A stretch of DNA of 64,000 nt, taken from contig NMRA01000272.1 of NCBI GenBank assembly GCA_002633005.1, forward strand, positions 375,817 through 439,816. Reading direction: 5' to 3'. Within the stretch, counting starts at the first letter, position 1. Every line of letters starts with the position of its first letter. The notes beneath the pieces were generated by a model. The model had not been told where the DNA came from and did no database searches. It saw only the letters and a program-made list of their open reading frames with translations. The position numbers and the translations under genes were made by a program. Below are positions 1 through 12,300 of the stretch, one piece after another. This DNA is from Phoronis australis (taxonomy: Eukaryota > Animalia > Phoronida).

Positions 1-724
1 TTTTTTTGTTTCTTTTAACTTTCTTGTGGAATGCCTCTTCTAGATTTAGGGTCAAAGTGGATCCGATGGTTTCTGATGTGATGACAACGCTTGGAGAGCC
101 AGCATTCAGCATCTGTGTTTCAGGTTTAAAACGGAAGTGATACTTCGTGATACCATTGTTATGACTATTTCATCAAAGAACATTCGTATTGGATACCTTG
201 CAAACATTCAAAACACTTATTATCGTTTCACATGTGCTCAAACTAACATAACTTAACACTCCTGTTTCTAATACACAACAATAACGTAATCTCCTAGCTA
301 GGCCCAGGTTCCAATCTCCGTACGTCAGAACCGCTCAAGTGACTTTCTACATAAAGTTGCAAAACCCTTTAACCCGATTTAAAGTTGTTGCCTAAGTATT
401 TTTGGGTCCGAGTCGCGCAATTACGACATGTTGCCTGGCGAACACCAAGTCGGCTTACCGGCCAACAACATGCCGAGGAAATAGACATTTCACCATTTCG
501 CCTAAAATATTTCGTCGTTTTACATGTATTAAAAAGCGAGATAGACGTCAACACAGTACAAAAGTTCATTCGATGACGTGAACTCAATAAAAAGGATCTC
601 AGTTGGTATCGTTGAGAATGGCTGGTTGGAAAAATGCCAAAAGAAGGACCAGGCTAAAAACTGTTCGTTCACGCATAGAACTCTAGTACAGCTAGGCTAG
701 AGTTCTGAGGTTAAAGCGTCTGGT

Positions 725-3700
725 TCAAACTGCCAACTCGTCCTTGTCGTGTGCGCAACTCATAAATCGTGCGCCCGACATAGTTTTTAGCTCGGTTTCG
801 TCAGTGCGTGATCCAGATGGAACCGGAGATTCATTTGCTTCGGCTCGGCTGACGAATGGTTGCACGTATCTACCGGTATGTAACGGAAAAGCATCAGCGT
901 CATCATCTGAAAATAAATTACACAGCAATGTACATGGCGACCGTAAGATATAGCCTAGTCTCTTTTGAATAAAGTGTGACGCATTGAAGGGATACACAAG
1001 TTCCAAAAATTACAGAGAAGACCAGAATTCACGATAGGATCGTTGGAGGTGTTAGGCTGGACACTGAAACGTTATGCATATACCCAGTTGTTGCCAACGG
1101 CATGGGCGGCGCAGCACCGAAAAAAGTGGAGGTGCTAAAGCCCCCCCCCCAGCCCCCTATGGTGCGCCGCCCATGAACCGGGGATAGTATAGTTAGTTTA
1201 GGCGACTGCCATTTCCGACTCGTCACTACTAAGCAAAAAGTCATCGGGTGGTACTTTCTGCCGGTCACCCATCGGTAAAATGTTTCACTGATCTACAAAC
1301 TATAAAACGAGAAGTTGGCTCTAGTTCTGTGTGCAAACTAAATGCTGACATTGACTAGTTTCCGAGCCGTTGCGAGGAAACTTTCATTTCATCGAATTCG
1401 TAATATATGAACCGTGTGCTGCACAGGACCTCAGAGACACAAAATACCTACCTTCGTTATTTTCATCGAGTGTGTGGTCGCTGTGGTAGGAAGGCGGATG
1501 GGTCACTTCGTCCATTTTTAAACGAATGGAGTCATTGTTTTTTGTAGGCAGCAGGTATTTGGTCTCTGGGCTACTTCTACTGCTGCTGTTGCTGTTGTTG
1601 TTTTCAGTTGCTGTCTGCGGTAGTGGCAGTTTGGGTTTGCAGCAGAGTTTCCTCAAGAACATATAGTATACTTGTAACACAAGTATCATTACAACAACTA
1701 CAGCTATTCCGTACACTAGATAACGTACTACTAATGCTTCACCACTGTCTTCCGTTGCTGCAAAAGCAAAAGAATACGCTTCAGTTCTTAGTCAAAATGA
1801 CTTCCAAAAAGAGATTCCAAAAATGATGCTAAATTTGACATGTTGATTTTTATGTAAAATTACTAGTTCTACTGCTACAAGTGTTTTGTAGTTGATCTTT
1901 ACTCTGTTCGACGTTTAGATTAAGCACGTGAGATACGGCATCATTGTCGAGTCAACCATTATCCTATATAATTTTTGATGGAATCACGATTTTATGTTAT
2001 TTACTTGTCTCGCTGGCTCATGAAACTTAGAGGAGATAAAAAATAAATTATAACCCATAAATCAAATCAATTTGTCCTGTTGATATTTCTCTCGAGCTGA
2101 AACTTTCCAAGTCATTAGCAGATTTTCTCGGCTGATCTTTAGACTCAGGCTATTTTCGTTTTCACCTGAGGAATCCACATGAACTTTCTGATAATTCACC
2201 GTGTGTTGTATTTTTATGTCAATCCTTTCATACGATTGCCGACTATTCCTGAACTGTACGTTTGAATTCACTAGCTCGTGCAGCCGCGCATCCCTTGAAA
2301 ATTCTGATGTCGGGTAGCATTCAGAGCATGGCACAAATGAGTGTAAGTGCATTATGAAACACATTCACAAATTCACTAACGAGGAATTTCTCGAATTCAT
2401 TATCTGTGAGTATGTCTATTATTCGATGTAGACGATTTCATAGTCTAAGAAACAGAGCAGACGATGGCACTAGGATACCAAAACAGGAAAAGCATGAAAA
2501 GTAATAGTAACAAACGACGAAATAAGACGAAATAGCTTTAGTGGTCGGATAAAAAGGCAAAAATAAACCAATTGCTCGAGCACGTCACACTAGTGGATCT
2601 CCGGGATATCGTAATAATTAAGGGGCGAATATGAAAACCTCAGTGTAGTCTGACTTAAAACTTCAATACCTACTCCTTACTTAGTGAGTATATGTCAGTA
2701 ATACAGAACAGAAATGCGCCCTGAGGAGCGACACTTGGGAAAATCGACCGAAGAAGTGAAGTCACTTCAGCCACGATGGTAGCGACACCAAGATCACAAT
2801 GCCGACTTTCATAATTGGACACCGAAGATGTCATGGAAGACCAAGACTCCGCCAAATACATTGCCACCCAAAAGTTTTTGGAAAGTGAACGCTGACAACA
2901 ATGAATTAAGTTAACTTCGACGACGCCACACAGACGATGCAGACAAATGTGCAACGACCTACACGCTGACTCCAACAACCGAACTTGAGCTGACACCGAC
3001 AATCTGTGACTACTTACTATAGGCCGACAACGAGGACGATAAAACCAATGCCACAGACGTTGATTGACGACCTTGGTGTCGACAGAGGTGTATTCCTATT
3101 TTCTTCGTAAGTCGCACTAAAGAAAACCACCCTTCACTTAGTTGTATCCACTTTAATTTGTTGGGGGCCTGCCGTTGCCCATCATCTAGGCACTCCGCGG
3201 GGGAAATTGCACTGTCACCTCTCATTAGACCGCTGGCGCCAAGCAATGGTCAATTGCAAATGTATCGATCAGTTACTATTGACCAGGCTGTGTGTAATGT
3301 CTCGACATTGCCAACCCTGGCCATGAAAATATCCATGTCCGCCCACGATAATCCAAGCTTTGTAACTGATGAGGATGAGATTATGATTGACTAATATAAA
3401 TATACCAGTAACAGGGCCCCCGAGGGGGGGGGGGGGGNAACAAAAGTTCACGGAGAGTGAAAATGAAGCCTTAGGGCCAGCGCCGACGTACAGTTGGGCT
3501 GTCTGCCCCAAGTGAGCTATATCTGTAAGCTGACATCTCACACCAACTAAAGGAGTGAAAATGTGAATTTGACCTCGGCTAGCCGCTGAGTTAGGATTCA
3601 CTTAAGACAGGCAGCTCAGTTTAATCTCAAGATCACGTATTCGTGAACTTGGAGTTAAATATTCATTTGGGCAATCAGGTAAAAATTTGTGAACAGTGTA

Positions 3701-4788
3701 AAGTTTTTGTAATTATTGGCTTCACGATCACCCATTTTCTCCTTTCAAGCGTAACTTGTGTCAAAGAATCAGAGAAATATGTGGATGGTTAAATTAATTA
3801 TTTTTCGGTGAATAAGATTGCCAATAGTTGAAATAAGATTGGAAAAAGTATTTTATGTTATTTTTAACATACAATTTGATTTAGTGCAGTGCAAATTTTT
3901 ATCAGCATGAACGTGATTAGACCGAGTGAACTTTACAAATTTCCCCGTTTTCCAAGTTCACGCTCACGCGTTCTTGAGATTAAGCAAGATTCCAAGTTCA
4001 TACACAGCATTACTAGGCACATCCCAAATTTGCATTGATAAAGCTTAGGCCTTATTTTGTTTTTGATTCACATAAGCATTGCCTGGAGACGAGTGTTGCT
4101 TTTGTCCAACGCCCTGTGGACGTTTGATGACCACAATCACTTAAAAAATCGACAATGACGCACAGAGAGGAAGCAGTTTGACATATTTTGCGCCTACGTA
4201 AACGTCTAAGCTTGTTGACGTATTGATTTAGTTGATCGCGTGGTTGGATCAGTCACACGTGGCTTGTATACTATACTGATATTTACGACTTGGGGCACTA
4301 TGAACGCAAAAAAATCTCATAGATGACGTGTGACTCACCCTTGAGATTCGAAGAACGTGGTCCAACCTTCAGTTGGGTCACGATTGTTGATGGTACAAAC
4401 GTTGTCGCTTTGCGCTGCTCATTCATGTAATCTGAAAAAAGAATGACATTAAAAATCAACTGAACTGAGTGTCAAATGCAAGTGGATGTCCATTTTTCAC
4501 CAGGCGCACTGAGTTTCAAAATTAAACAAACAGCCGACCGAATAGTCTCCTACGAAAGGTCATACTATACTATGCAATGAGAGGAAAATGGCAAAAACAA
4601 TGTTATTATTTCACACATCTTCACAGGAAAATGACGGGAACAATTTTGGGCAAGTGATGAGGCAGAGATCAAGAATTGCAGTATTTATGTGCAGTTCCCG
4701 TGTGGTTTATTTTACAAATCAATAGATACATAAACCGATCGAGACACTCGACAGGCGCGCCGATAAACAGAGATACTAACAGACTAAA

Positions 4789-4835
<47 letters not shown>

Positions 4836-5787
4836 TAGATAGACAGACGGACAGACAGATAGATAGACAGACGGACAGACAGACAAACGGACGGACAGAC
4901 AAACTGCGCACAATGCTGGTAATTTTCTAGGCAAGTTACGCGCACCTTATTGTTCATGGCACATTACACGCTCAGCCCCAGACAGCTGTCCTCAGCTTAT
5001 ATTGGCAGGCTAATTGTTTTCTACTGAGATGAATATGCTATGTCTATGCATTCACTGAGCCAAATATCCACAAAACTATAGATTTTATTGACTTTTCACC
5101 AATCTGTTATTAATTGGGTCTCGTAAACATGTCTTTTTAGTTAAATTTAGCAAAAAACGACACATTGATAGGAAAACAACGGTATCACAAACATGATCAA
5201 GCTTTATTTGATACAAACGTTTAAAGTGAGATTTTAAAAATTCTGTGATAGTTTTCGAAAATATCCTATTTTCTTTTTCGGCGTTATATGCACTGTTTCA
5301 AAGTTTTTGTTGACACATTTGTCAAAAACTATGCAGCACATTTCTAATGTATCATAACCAAATTGAACAGTAATATCATTCTCATCTGTGTGTCACAATA
5401 TATGCTACATTTTCTACGACCGACCACACTGGCTACCGGGTCACTGCATCGACCAGGGTATAAGAGTCGTTTTGATCTTGAACTTATTTTAATGAACAAT
5501 ATAATACGTTTGCTCTGAATATGTATTCAATCATAATTACCTGCACATTCTAGTTCACACTTGTCTCTTCTCGTCGGTGATGCTGTTTTCAGCCTGGCTG
5601 GGCTACATCGTCCACTGCAGTGAACACAGACTTCCAGACCGGTGTCACAGAAGAAGTAGGTCAACTGGTCACATTCTGTGGCGTCACGACACGGAGTATA
5701 TGTAGCTGAACAAAATATCACTTGTGATAGCAAAAAGTAAGCGAAAAAGAAGGGAATCGCTAACTTTGGAGCTTTTACTGCCTCCAT
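725..5787 (-). CDS. Single-CRD TNF-receptor-like type I membrane protein (Grindelwald/TNFRSF13-17-like), 4 coding exons, 275 aa
   Basis: Exons 5541-5787, 4339-4431, 1452-1757 and 725-906, all GT-AG and phase 1, total 828 nt. Signal peptide MEAVKAPKLAIPFFFAYFLLSQVIFCS; 8-Cys domain CRDATECDQLTYFFCDTGLEVCVHCSGRC...DKCELEC; Ser/Thr stalk; TM YLVYGIAVVVVMILVLQVYYMFL followed by RKLCCK; cytoplasmic tail without a death domain. The family call rests on Cys spacing and architecture only. Confidence 0.7.
1101..1175. mobile_element. Short GC-rich MITE (TIR CATGGGCGGCGCA)
   Basis: 13-bp perfect TIR CATGGGCGGCGCA...TGCGCCGCCCATG; homologous copy at 50522-50590. Confidence 0.7.
3621..3983. mobile_element. 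MITE with ~33-bp imperfect TIRs
   Basis: TTAATCTCAAGATCACGTATTCGTGAACTTGGA versus the reverse complement of the right end, TTAATCTCAAGAACGCGTGAGCGTGAACTTGGA. Confidence 0.65.
4790..4900. repeat. (GACA)n/(GATA)n microsatellite
   Basis: Direct inspection. Confidence 0.95.
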
Positions 5788-6336
5788 TGTTGGTTTTTCT
5801 CAATGTCATGCCACTCCTATGACTGACGTACATCAGGATCGGCTTTTCCCATGGTCACGCGTCTCTATTTTTGGACTACAAGGAAAATCCCTACTTCATG
5901 GTGACCAGTATCCGGCGGCTTAACTTTAAAGGAGGAACACGAAGTTAAGCATATTAAAAAAACTAAAACTTTAACAAAAGTTAGCGTGGTTAGTTGTTTC
6001 AGTTGTTATGAATTCGAAGCAGGCGGCGTGGGCGGCTCAGCGGCCCCCAGGCCGGGCGCGTGGGAGGGTGACATCACTACGATGAGAATTTGTTTTAGAT
6101 TAGTGAAAATTCTCCGGCCTCAACCTTCAAAAATTTACATTTATTAGAAAAGCAAGTAAAACATCCATTTGTAAAATTCTAAGAATTTGTATAAACTTTC
6201 TGCCTTACAAGTCTCATTCAGCCATCTGCCAAATGACTCATCAATGTTACAAACTTGATTGCCAACAGGATCGCTGCGTAAAAGTTTACTTCCGTTTTAT
6301 CACACGTGTGCCTAGCAGAACATAGGCATTACAGAA
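5788..6336. promoter_or_regulatory. Putative bidirectional promoter (TNFR-like gene / TBL3)
   Basis: About 550 bp between divergent start codons. GC-rich patch ~6020-6070; kB-consensus GGAAAATCCC at 5882-5891; AP-1 TGACTCA at 6234-6240; Ets ACTTCCG at 6288-6294; E-box CACGTG at 6303-6308. Confidence 0.6.
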
Positions 6337-9300
6337 ATGTCTTTGACTCTCAAATCGAAGTAAGTATTTCACAGTGTTTACGTAAATGTTATGGTGATAG
6401 TCTGATACAATGGTCCCTGACTGCTTGAGAACCAGAGAGTATTTTACGATGATAGATCCACACAGTCACAGTCTCAGACTCAGTCACCACGTTCACGCTC
6501 CACGACCACGACCATTTATGTCCACGGTTTATGCCTTGGATTATCATTAATCTTAGTTATTGCTAGCCTTGGTCCGAGCAGGTGCAAAGCTGCCTGTATA
6601 CTAAATATACAGCTTTGCGCAGATGTGGGTAAACAAAGTGGCCAAATAAAATCTCACAAAATTAGTGTCATTAAAAACTACACTCTTCGTTGTGTAAACT
6701 TTATTATTTACTGGTGTTGAAAAGATTGGAGTTTTACCATTATTCTCCTGCAATAAAGTTGTGGAGTGATCTCATGCTTAGGATTTCAGCGGCATGAAAT
6801 ATTGCATCCCTATTGGCCAATTTATTTATTTGCTGATTCTTCACTTAAACTGTTCTTCAACGAATGTGTGCTCATGTCACAAAAAATATCGGAATTGGTT
6901 TCATTTCGTTACAAGTTTTCAGTATTTTAATACCAGCAAACTGAATTACAAAACTAATTTTGCTGCTGCGAAGCTGCTATCGTCTCCTGAGAGATCTCGC
7001 AAAGAATTAAGGAAATGTCACATGTGAGTGTTATAAGTGTACTGTTTTCAAAACAACAACAGACTTTTCATTGTTATTAAAGGCGGGGCATTACGCAAGA
7101 AAATGATGTTATTAGATTTTTTTCACTTAAACGACTGCAACGAGCATGGTGAGTGTCGGTTGACTCCCAGATTTTGTATGCGTCCTCGCCGGTCGTTAGC
7201 TCTAGATGTTGATATAGGCTTCATGACGAGGTGATGAGCAGAACTACCCGTGCTGTGTGAAATTTTGGATTCTAACGGAGCTCAACATACAGTGGTACCT
7301 AGCTGTATTTTGACGATAGTCCTCGTAAAGCTATCTGGCTGGCTACACACAGTGGTTCTTTGCTGTATTTTGACAATAATCTTCATACAGCTAGCTAGCT
7401 GGCAATGGTTATGCATGCTGTGTCATGTAACTGTAGCTGTTGTGCGCAAGGATTGCCTGAATCATCATATGAGTTCATAACAAGTGTTCCTATTCAATCA
7501 CACAGTTTTCGGTAAGATTGTTGCACGTTTTAGAAGTCTACAAACTGGCGTGCTTTTGTCTTCCACATATGTTGCTCAGATTGGTCGCAGAACATCGCCA
7601 TCATTAGCCAGTCAGCTAGCTGTATGAAGACTAACGTAATACAGCTAAGCACCTCTGTGTGTTAAGCTCCTGTTGTGAATAGACCTTGAAATGTCACACT
7701 GCCAGTGTAGTGTTATGTAGATAGTAATAGGTGGCACTGTTAGCAAGATGTCGGTTGCCTTAGTTGGGTTTGTGAGCTCAGTGAGTTACAAATAAAAATT
7801 TATATAAAGCGTTCCTACAATGGATTTTTGTTCTTTTTGAGGTTTTAGACCGTAAATGATAATTTTATACCACAAAATCTAGCTAAAAAAGCACTTATTT
7901 TGGAAAATAATTGAGGAATTTTGAAGTTGCTGATAAGTTGAACCTGCATTCTCTAACCGACACGTGCATTGGCGTAGCCAAGTATGCAATGTGAAATAGA
8001 AGAAAATATTTGTTGAAACAATACTTGCGACTTTTCTAGGACTGACCTGCTGTATGATTATCTTCAAAGTCGTTATAGGTGCAAAGATTGATAACTGAGT
8101 GCAAACTTCCTCCATTTGATCACAGTCCAAATTTTGCAACGTGAATGATTTAAAAACGTCCTGCTGAAAAGAATCGCGAAATGTTGCCCTTGCCAAATGA
8201 CGTATTTGATATGAAGAGTTCACTGGAAATTTCACATTAAAAAATTCATGTGACTTATGCTGTTTACATATACAATAATTAGTTTTCCATGAAATGAAAA
8301 GCCCCAAAATAATTCTAACTCTGTGTCGGTTTCCCTTATTGGGTGATCAGACCTTGCTTCTTAGGACAGAAATTGTGCCATATATGGGAAAAATAGGTCG
8401 GCCTAAAAAACAAGACGTGACCCCGTCATGCATGTGGCTAGTATTGCTTTGCCTTGCAAAAAGCAAAGCTGGGATTTGGCTTCTAAACACTGAGAAAGAT
8501 GGGGTCTTTTGAAAAGTCAATTTGTTGTTGTGTAGGATGAGAGATTGACTATGGACTGCATATGTGTCAATTTCAAACTCGCTCGTGGTTTTTTAAATTA
8601 ATGAGATGCTTACATAATATGTAGAATTTTTAAGTTAAATTACCATGGTGTTGTGTTGACACCTATTGCTGAAATTCGACAACTGTTCTGTTAACAAGTA
8701 TCTCTGAAAAGCAAGAGAGAGAGAAGGAGAGGGAGAGGGAATAACACTTTAATTCATATTAACATATAATAGAATGTTTAACACAATTCAAATTATGAGA
8801 CCTTCTAAAGTTTTTTACTACCATGAAGATCCCCTTTACATAAACAAGTGGCAAATAAAAAATCAATAATAATAAATAAAATGTACAGTGATGAACAATA
8901 GACTGTCAGCAACATTCATGTTGCAGTTTTGGAGTCCATCTTGGGTTTGCTAACTGAACCTAGGTATTTCGGGATTCAAAATGTTATACTGAATCCCTAG
9001 AAACTATTCTCCACTTTTCTGAACAAAAACCGAAAAAACTTGGTAATGGTAGTTCCTCTCCAATTCACTATACAATGTGATGGGCAATGGACATTCTATT
9101 TTCAAAATAAGATTTAAGAAAATGCCACTATATTATTAGCTTATCTTTTACTTAATTGTTTGCAACAAGGTAATCATCTTATCAAAAACACATTGTAGCC
9201 CTTGGAAAAGTGTTGTGATCCAAAACCTTTTATTGAGCCAAAGTAACCATTTACACTTCAGTTCTTCCTTTTATAGTAATAACTGCTCAGACTCATTGTG

Positions 9301-12300
9301 TTTACGCTATTCAAATACTTATGTTGGGGATGATTTTGTCTATGAAAATTTTGGCAATAATTTTTGTACTAAACTGGTGAAAAGTTACCTTGATGTGTGA
9401 CAGAAACTTAAACTTTTCTATGGACAGACATAATACAGAAAGGCAATGAATTATAGTGATTTCTGGTTTTGGATATCCTCGCTGTTTGACTATCAAGTTT
9501 TCAATTTTTTACCCAGTTATCAAGTGATTTTAGTCTTGTCAAATTCATGTTATGGTTTAAGTGTCAAGTTGGTCTGAAGGTTTCAGATGTTATATTTTTG
9601 TTGCAATGTCCAATTGATGTTTACATTAACAATAGGGCCAATATAAAGTGTCTCCATGCCAGAGTTATCTTTAATGACTTTGTGGTCAACAGATGATCCA
9701 CAGCTGTGAATTGCCTGTACCTCCATGGGCACATATTTGTTAACACACCTACACACACACGTGCGCACGCACACACACACACGCACACACACACACACGC
9801 ACAGACAATATTGTATCAAATGTGTGGGCAGACTTCGCGTGCGTGGGCTGGCAACAGTGCTCTTGACAAAACCCAGCCTAGCTGCAGGTTATATTCAAGA
9901 ATATTTGCTAACAATCTCAATTGCAATGTTAATTTAAGCAATAGAAATACATCAGAAAAGCAGAGGAAACGAGACAAATAATACGCAAACAGTGCGTGTC
10001 AACTGCCAGTTGTCAAATTATGACAAGGGATTTACTGAATTTTACTTTAATGGGTGGGTGATGGGGTTAGTAATAAAGACAGTATGTCTCACCCAGTATT
10101 AGTTCTTGATAATTGTGTGGAATTGCCTGACCACTCAGGAGTGTCTGTGCTCTGCTTTCTTTCATCTGACTTGCCACGTCTGAAAAGTTTTCGGTACAAA
10201 GTGTACAACAACTGTTTTGTTGTATCTGTAAACTCCTGGCTTCGGGTGATCAAAATTGCGCTATTAACGCATGAATTTGCAACAACGAAAAAAGCAGAAA
10301 TCTTGTGAACCGTAGGCGGAAGGCTGTTGTACCTGTCAGCAACAATAAGAACTCCATAAGGGACGCAACACACTGCAAAAATCACAGTAATTAGCAACAT
10401 TGTCACGGTGGCATTCCTTTTGTTAGCATTAGTTTGACGCAAAGCCTGATTTTCTTGTCTGCCATTGCTGCTGCTGAACAGCAGTTGTTTATCACATTTG
10501 TTGATTTCTTTAAAAACATTCACGTAGCAAAAGATTAATGCAGTGGCTGGGATAACGATTCCCACTACGAATATGAAAATATTGTAGGAGTATGCAGCCG
10601 TCCGATTGTATGCGCACAAGAATTCCCCCTCGTTGTATTGAATTTCTGACCATCCATACAATGGTGGTGTTGCGCAACTTGTACAGAACAACCATAGAAG
10701 TATAACTACGGCAACTGTGCCACGAGGTGCAAACACTATTTCATGCATCTTTGGCTTGCATATTTTTAAATAGCGTTGAACTGCTATTAAAACTATGCTA
10801 TACAGTGACATTCCACATGTAAAAGTTATCGTAATGCCAGTCACTTGGCATGTGGCTTCGTCCGTGGCATTAGACTGAAAAGCTACATTGACAAGAATGA
10901 ATGGCATGATAAAGGCAGTGTTGATTAGATCAGCTCCAGCTAGATGGGCAAGGAAAATGTGCCAGACTTTACGGTGCTGCTTCAATCTGATGATCGTTGC
11001 GATAATGACGACATTGCCAAATATGCCCCACGTTATACATGGAACAAGAAGCAAAATGTCGACAACCATCTCTGCTGTTTTAGAAGCTTCTTCACTTCCA
11101 TTGTTGCTTGAAGAAGATGTCTGGTTTGTGACGACCTCTGGAAATCCCATCACTGTGGTGACTGGCAGAGAATTGATGCTTGATACTTGATGCAATAACA
11201 GTTGTGCTGTCAAAATTTTATCGTTGTTGCTTATTTTCAACAATTGAGTTTTCGTTTCTGAAGAGATTGTTGCGATATTTCTTCTGAACCTCTATGTGAT
11301 TATCAGTAGAACTGAAATGTGAGAATTTTATTAGAACATTTCAGATAAATGAAATGGCGTGCTCGCTAACAGTAACATATAGAGCGTTGCTCTGTATACT
11401 AACCGTTGAAATGATATACTACAACACTTTCATCGTATTACTGCCGTAACTGCAGTATCTCAACAGAATGTTTCAATTCCTTGAAAGCATTGTTTACTAA
11501 CCTGCGATCAAAAGCAGAAGAACTTAGCAAGTTTGAGTCAGTCCTACCGATGAAGTGGTTTTACAATACCCACTCATTTATATCCTCTTTTCATCACTGT
11601 TCATCATCTTTTCAGGGTAAACAAATGCTTAAAACTATCATTCTTCCCCGTTACTAACTACCGTCTAACCCAGCCACTTGGCAAATGATTCTGATACTGA
11701 ATATTTATAAGGAGGGTCCATTTCCGGATTGCAACTCAGGGTTTTTTCTAGCGATCAAATATCAAATATCTGATGTGAGTTTGATGCAAATGAGGTCAAG
11801 TTTAGTAAAGTTAAGTTACTTTAAGCAATGCTCAACTGTCAGTTCTTCACAATACGAGAAGTCAATTCTGTTCTGAATTAGAAACAATTTGAGACCAGTT
11901 TTACAAGACTAGGTTAGTACGTTTTGTAAATGAAAAGTTAATTTTAAGGAAGGCAGGTTTGTAGCAGCACTGATGAAATGTTGAACTGAAAAAATGAGAC
12001 AGTCCTAATGAATTATGTGTCGTTTGCTTCTAACATCTGTAATCTACTATTCAGCTGAACAAGTTACAACTGAAACCATTCTACAGATGTAAACTGAGGT
12101 AGGAAATAGGGACATCCGTCTGAGAAGACATAATGAGGTAAAACGGGAATCGAATGATTTGTTTGCTTTCTCCTAAAATCAGTTTCATATTATTCCTTAC
12201 TGGGAGAGTGTTCTATTTCTTAACATCGAAATCGTCAACAACACAATAAATGCTTTAGAGATTACAGAGGTTGGCCACCCTTAAAATTATGAATTCGTCG

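Noticed and set aside
3130-3250. GC-rich segment as an HDV-like ribozyme
   Set aside because: Could not build consistent P1/P3 pairings; probably a repeat fragment.
10089-11243. Opsin assignment for the nested GPCR
   Set aside because: No Lys at the retinal-binding position in TM7.
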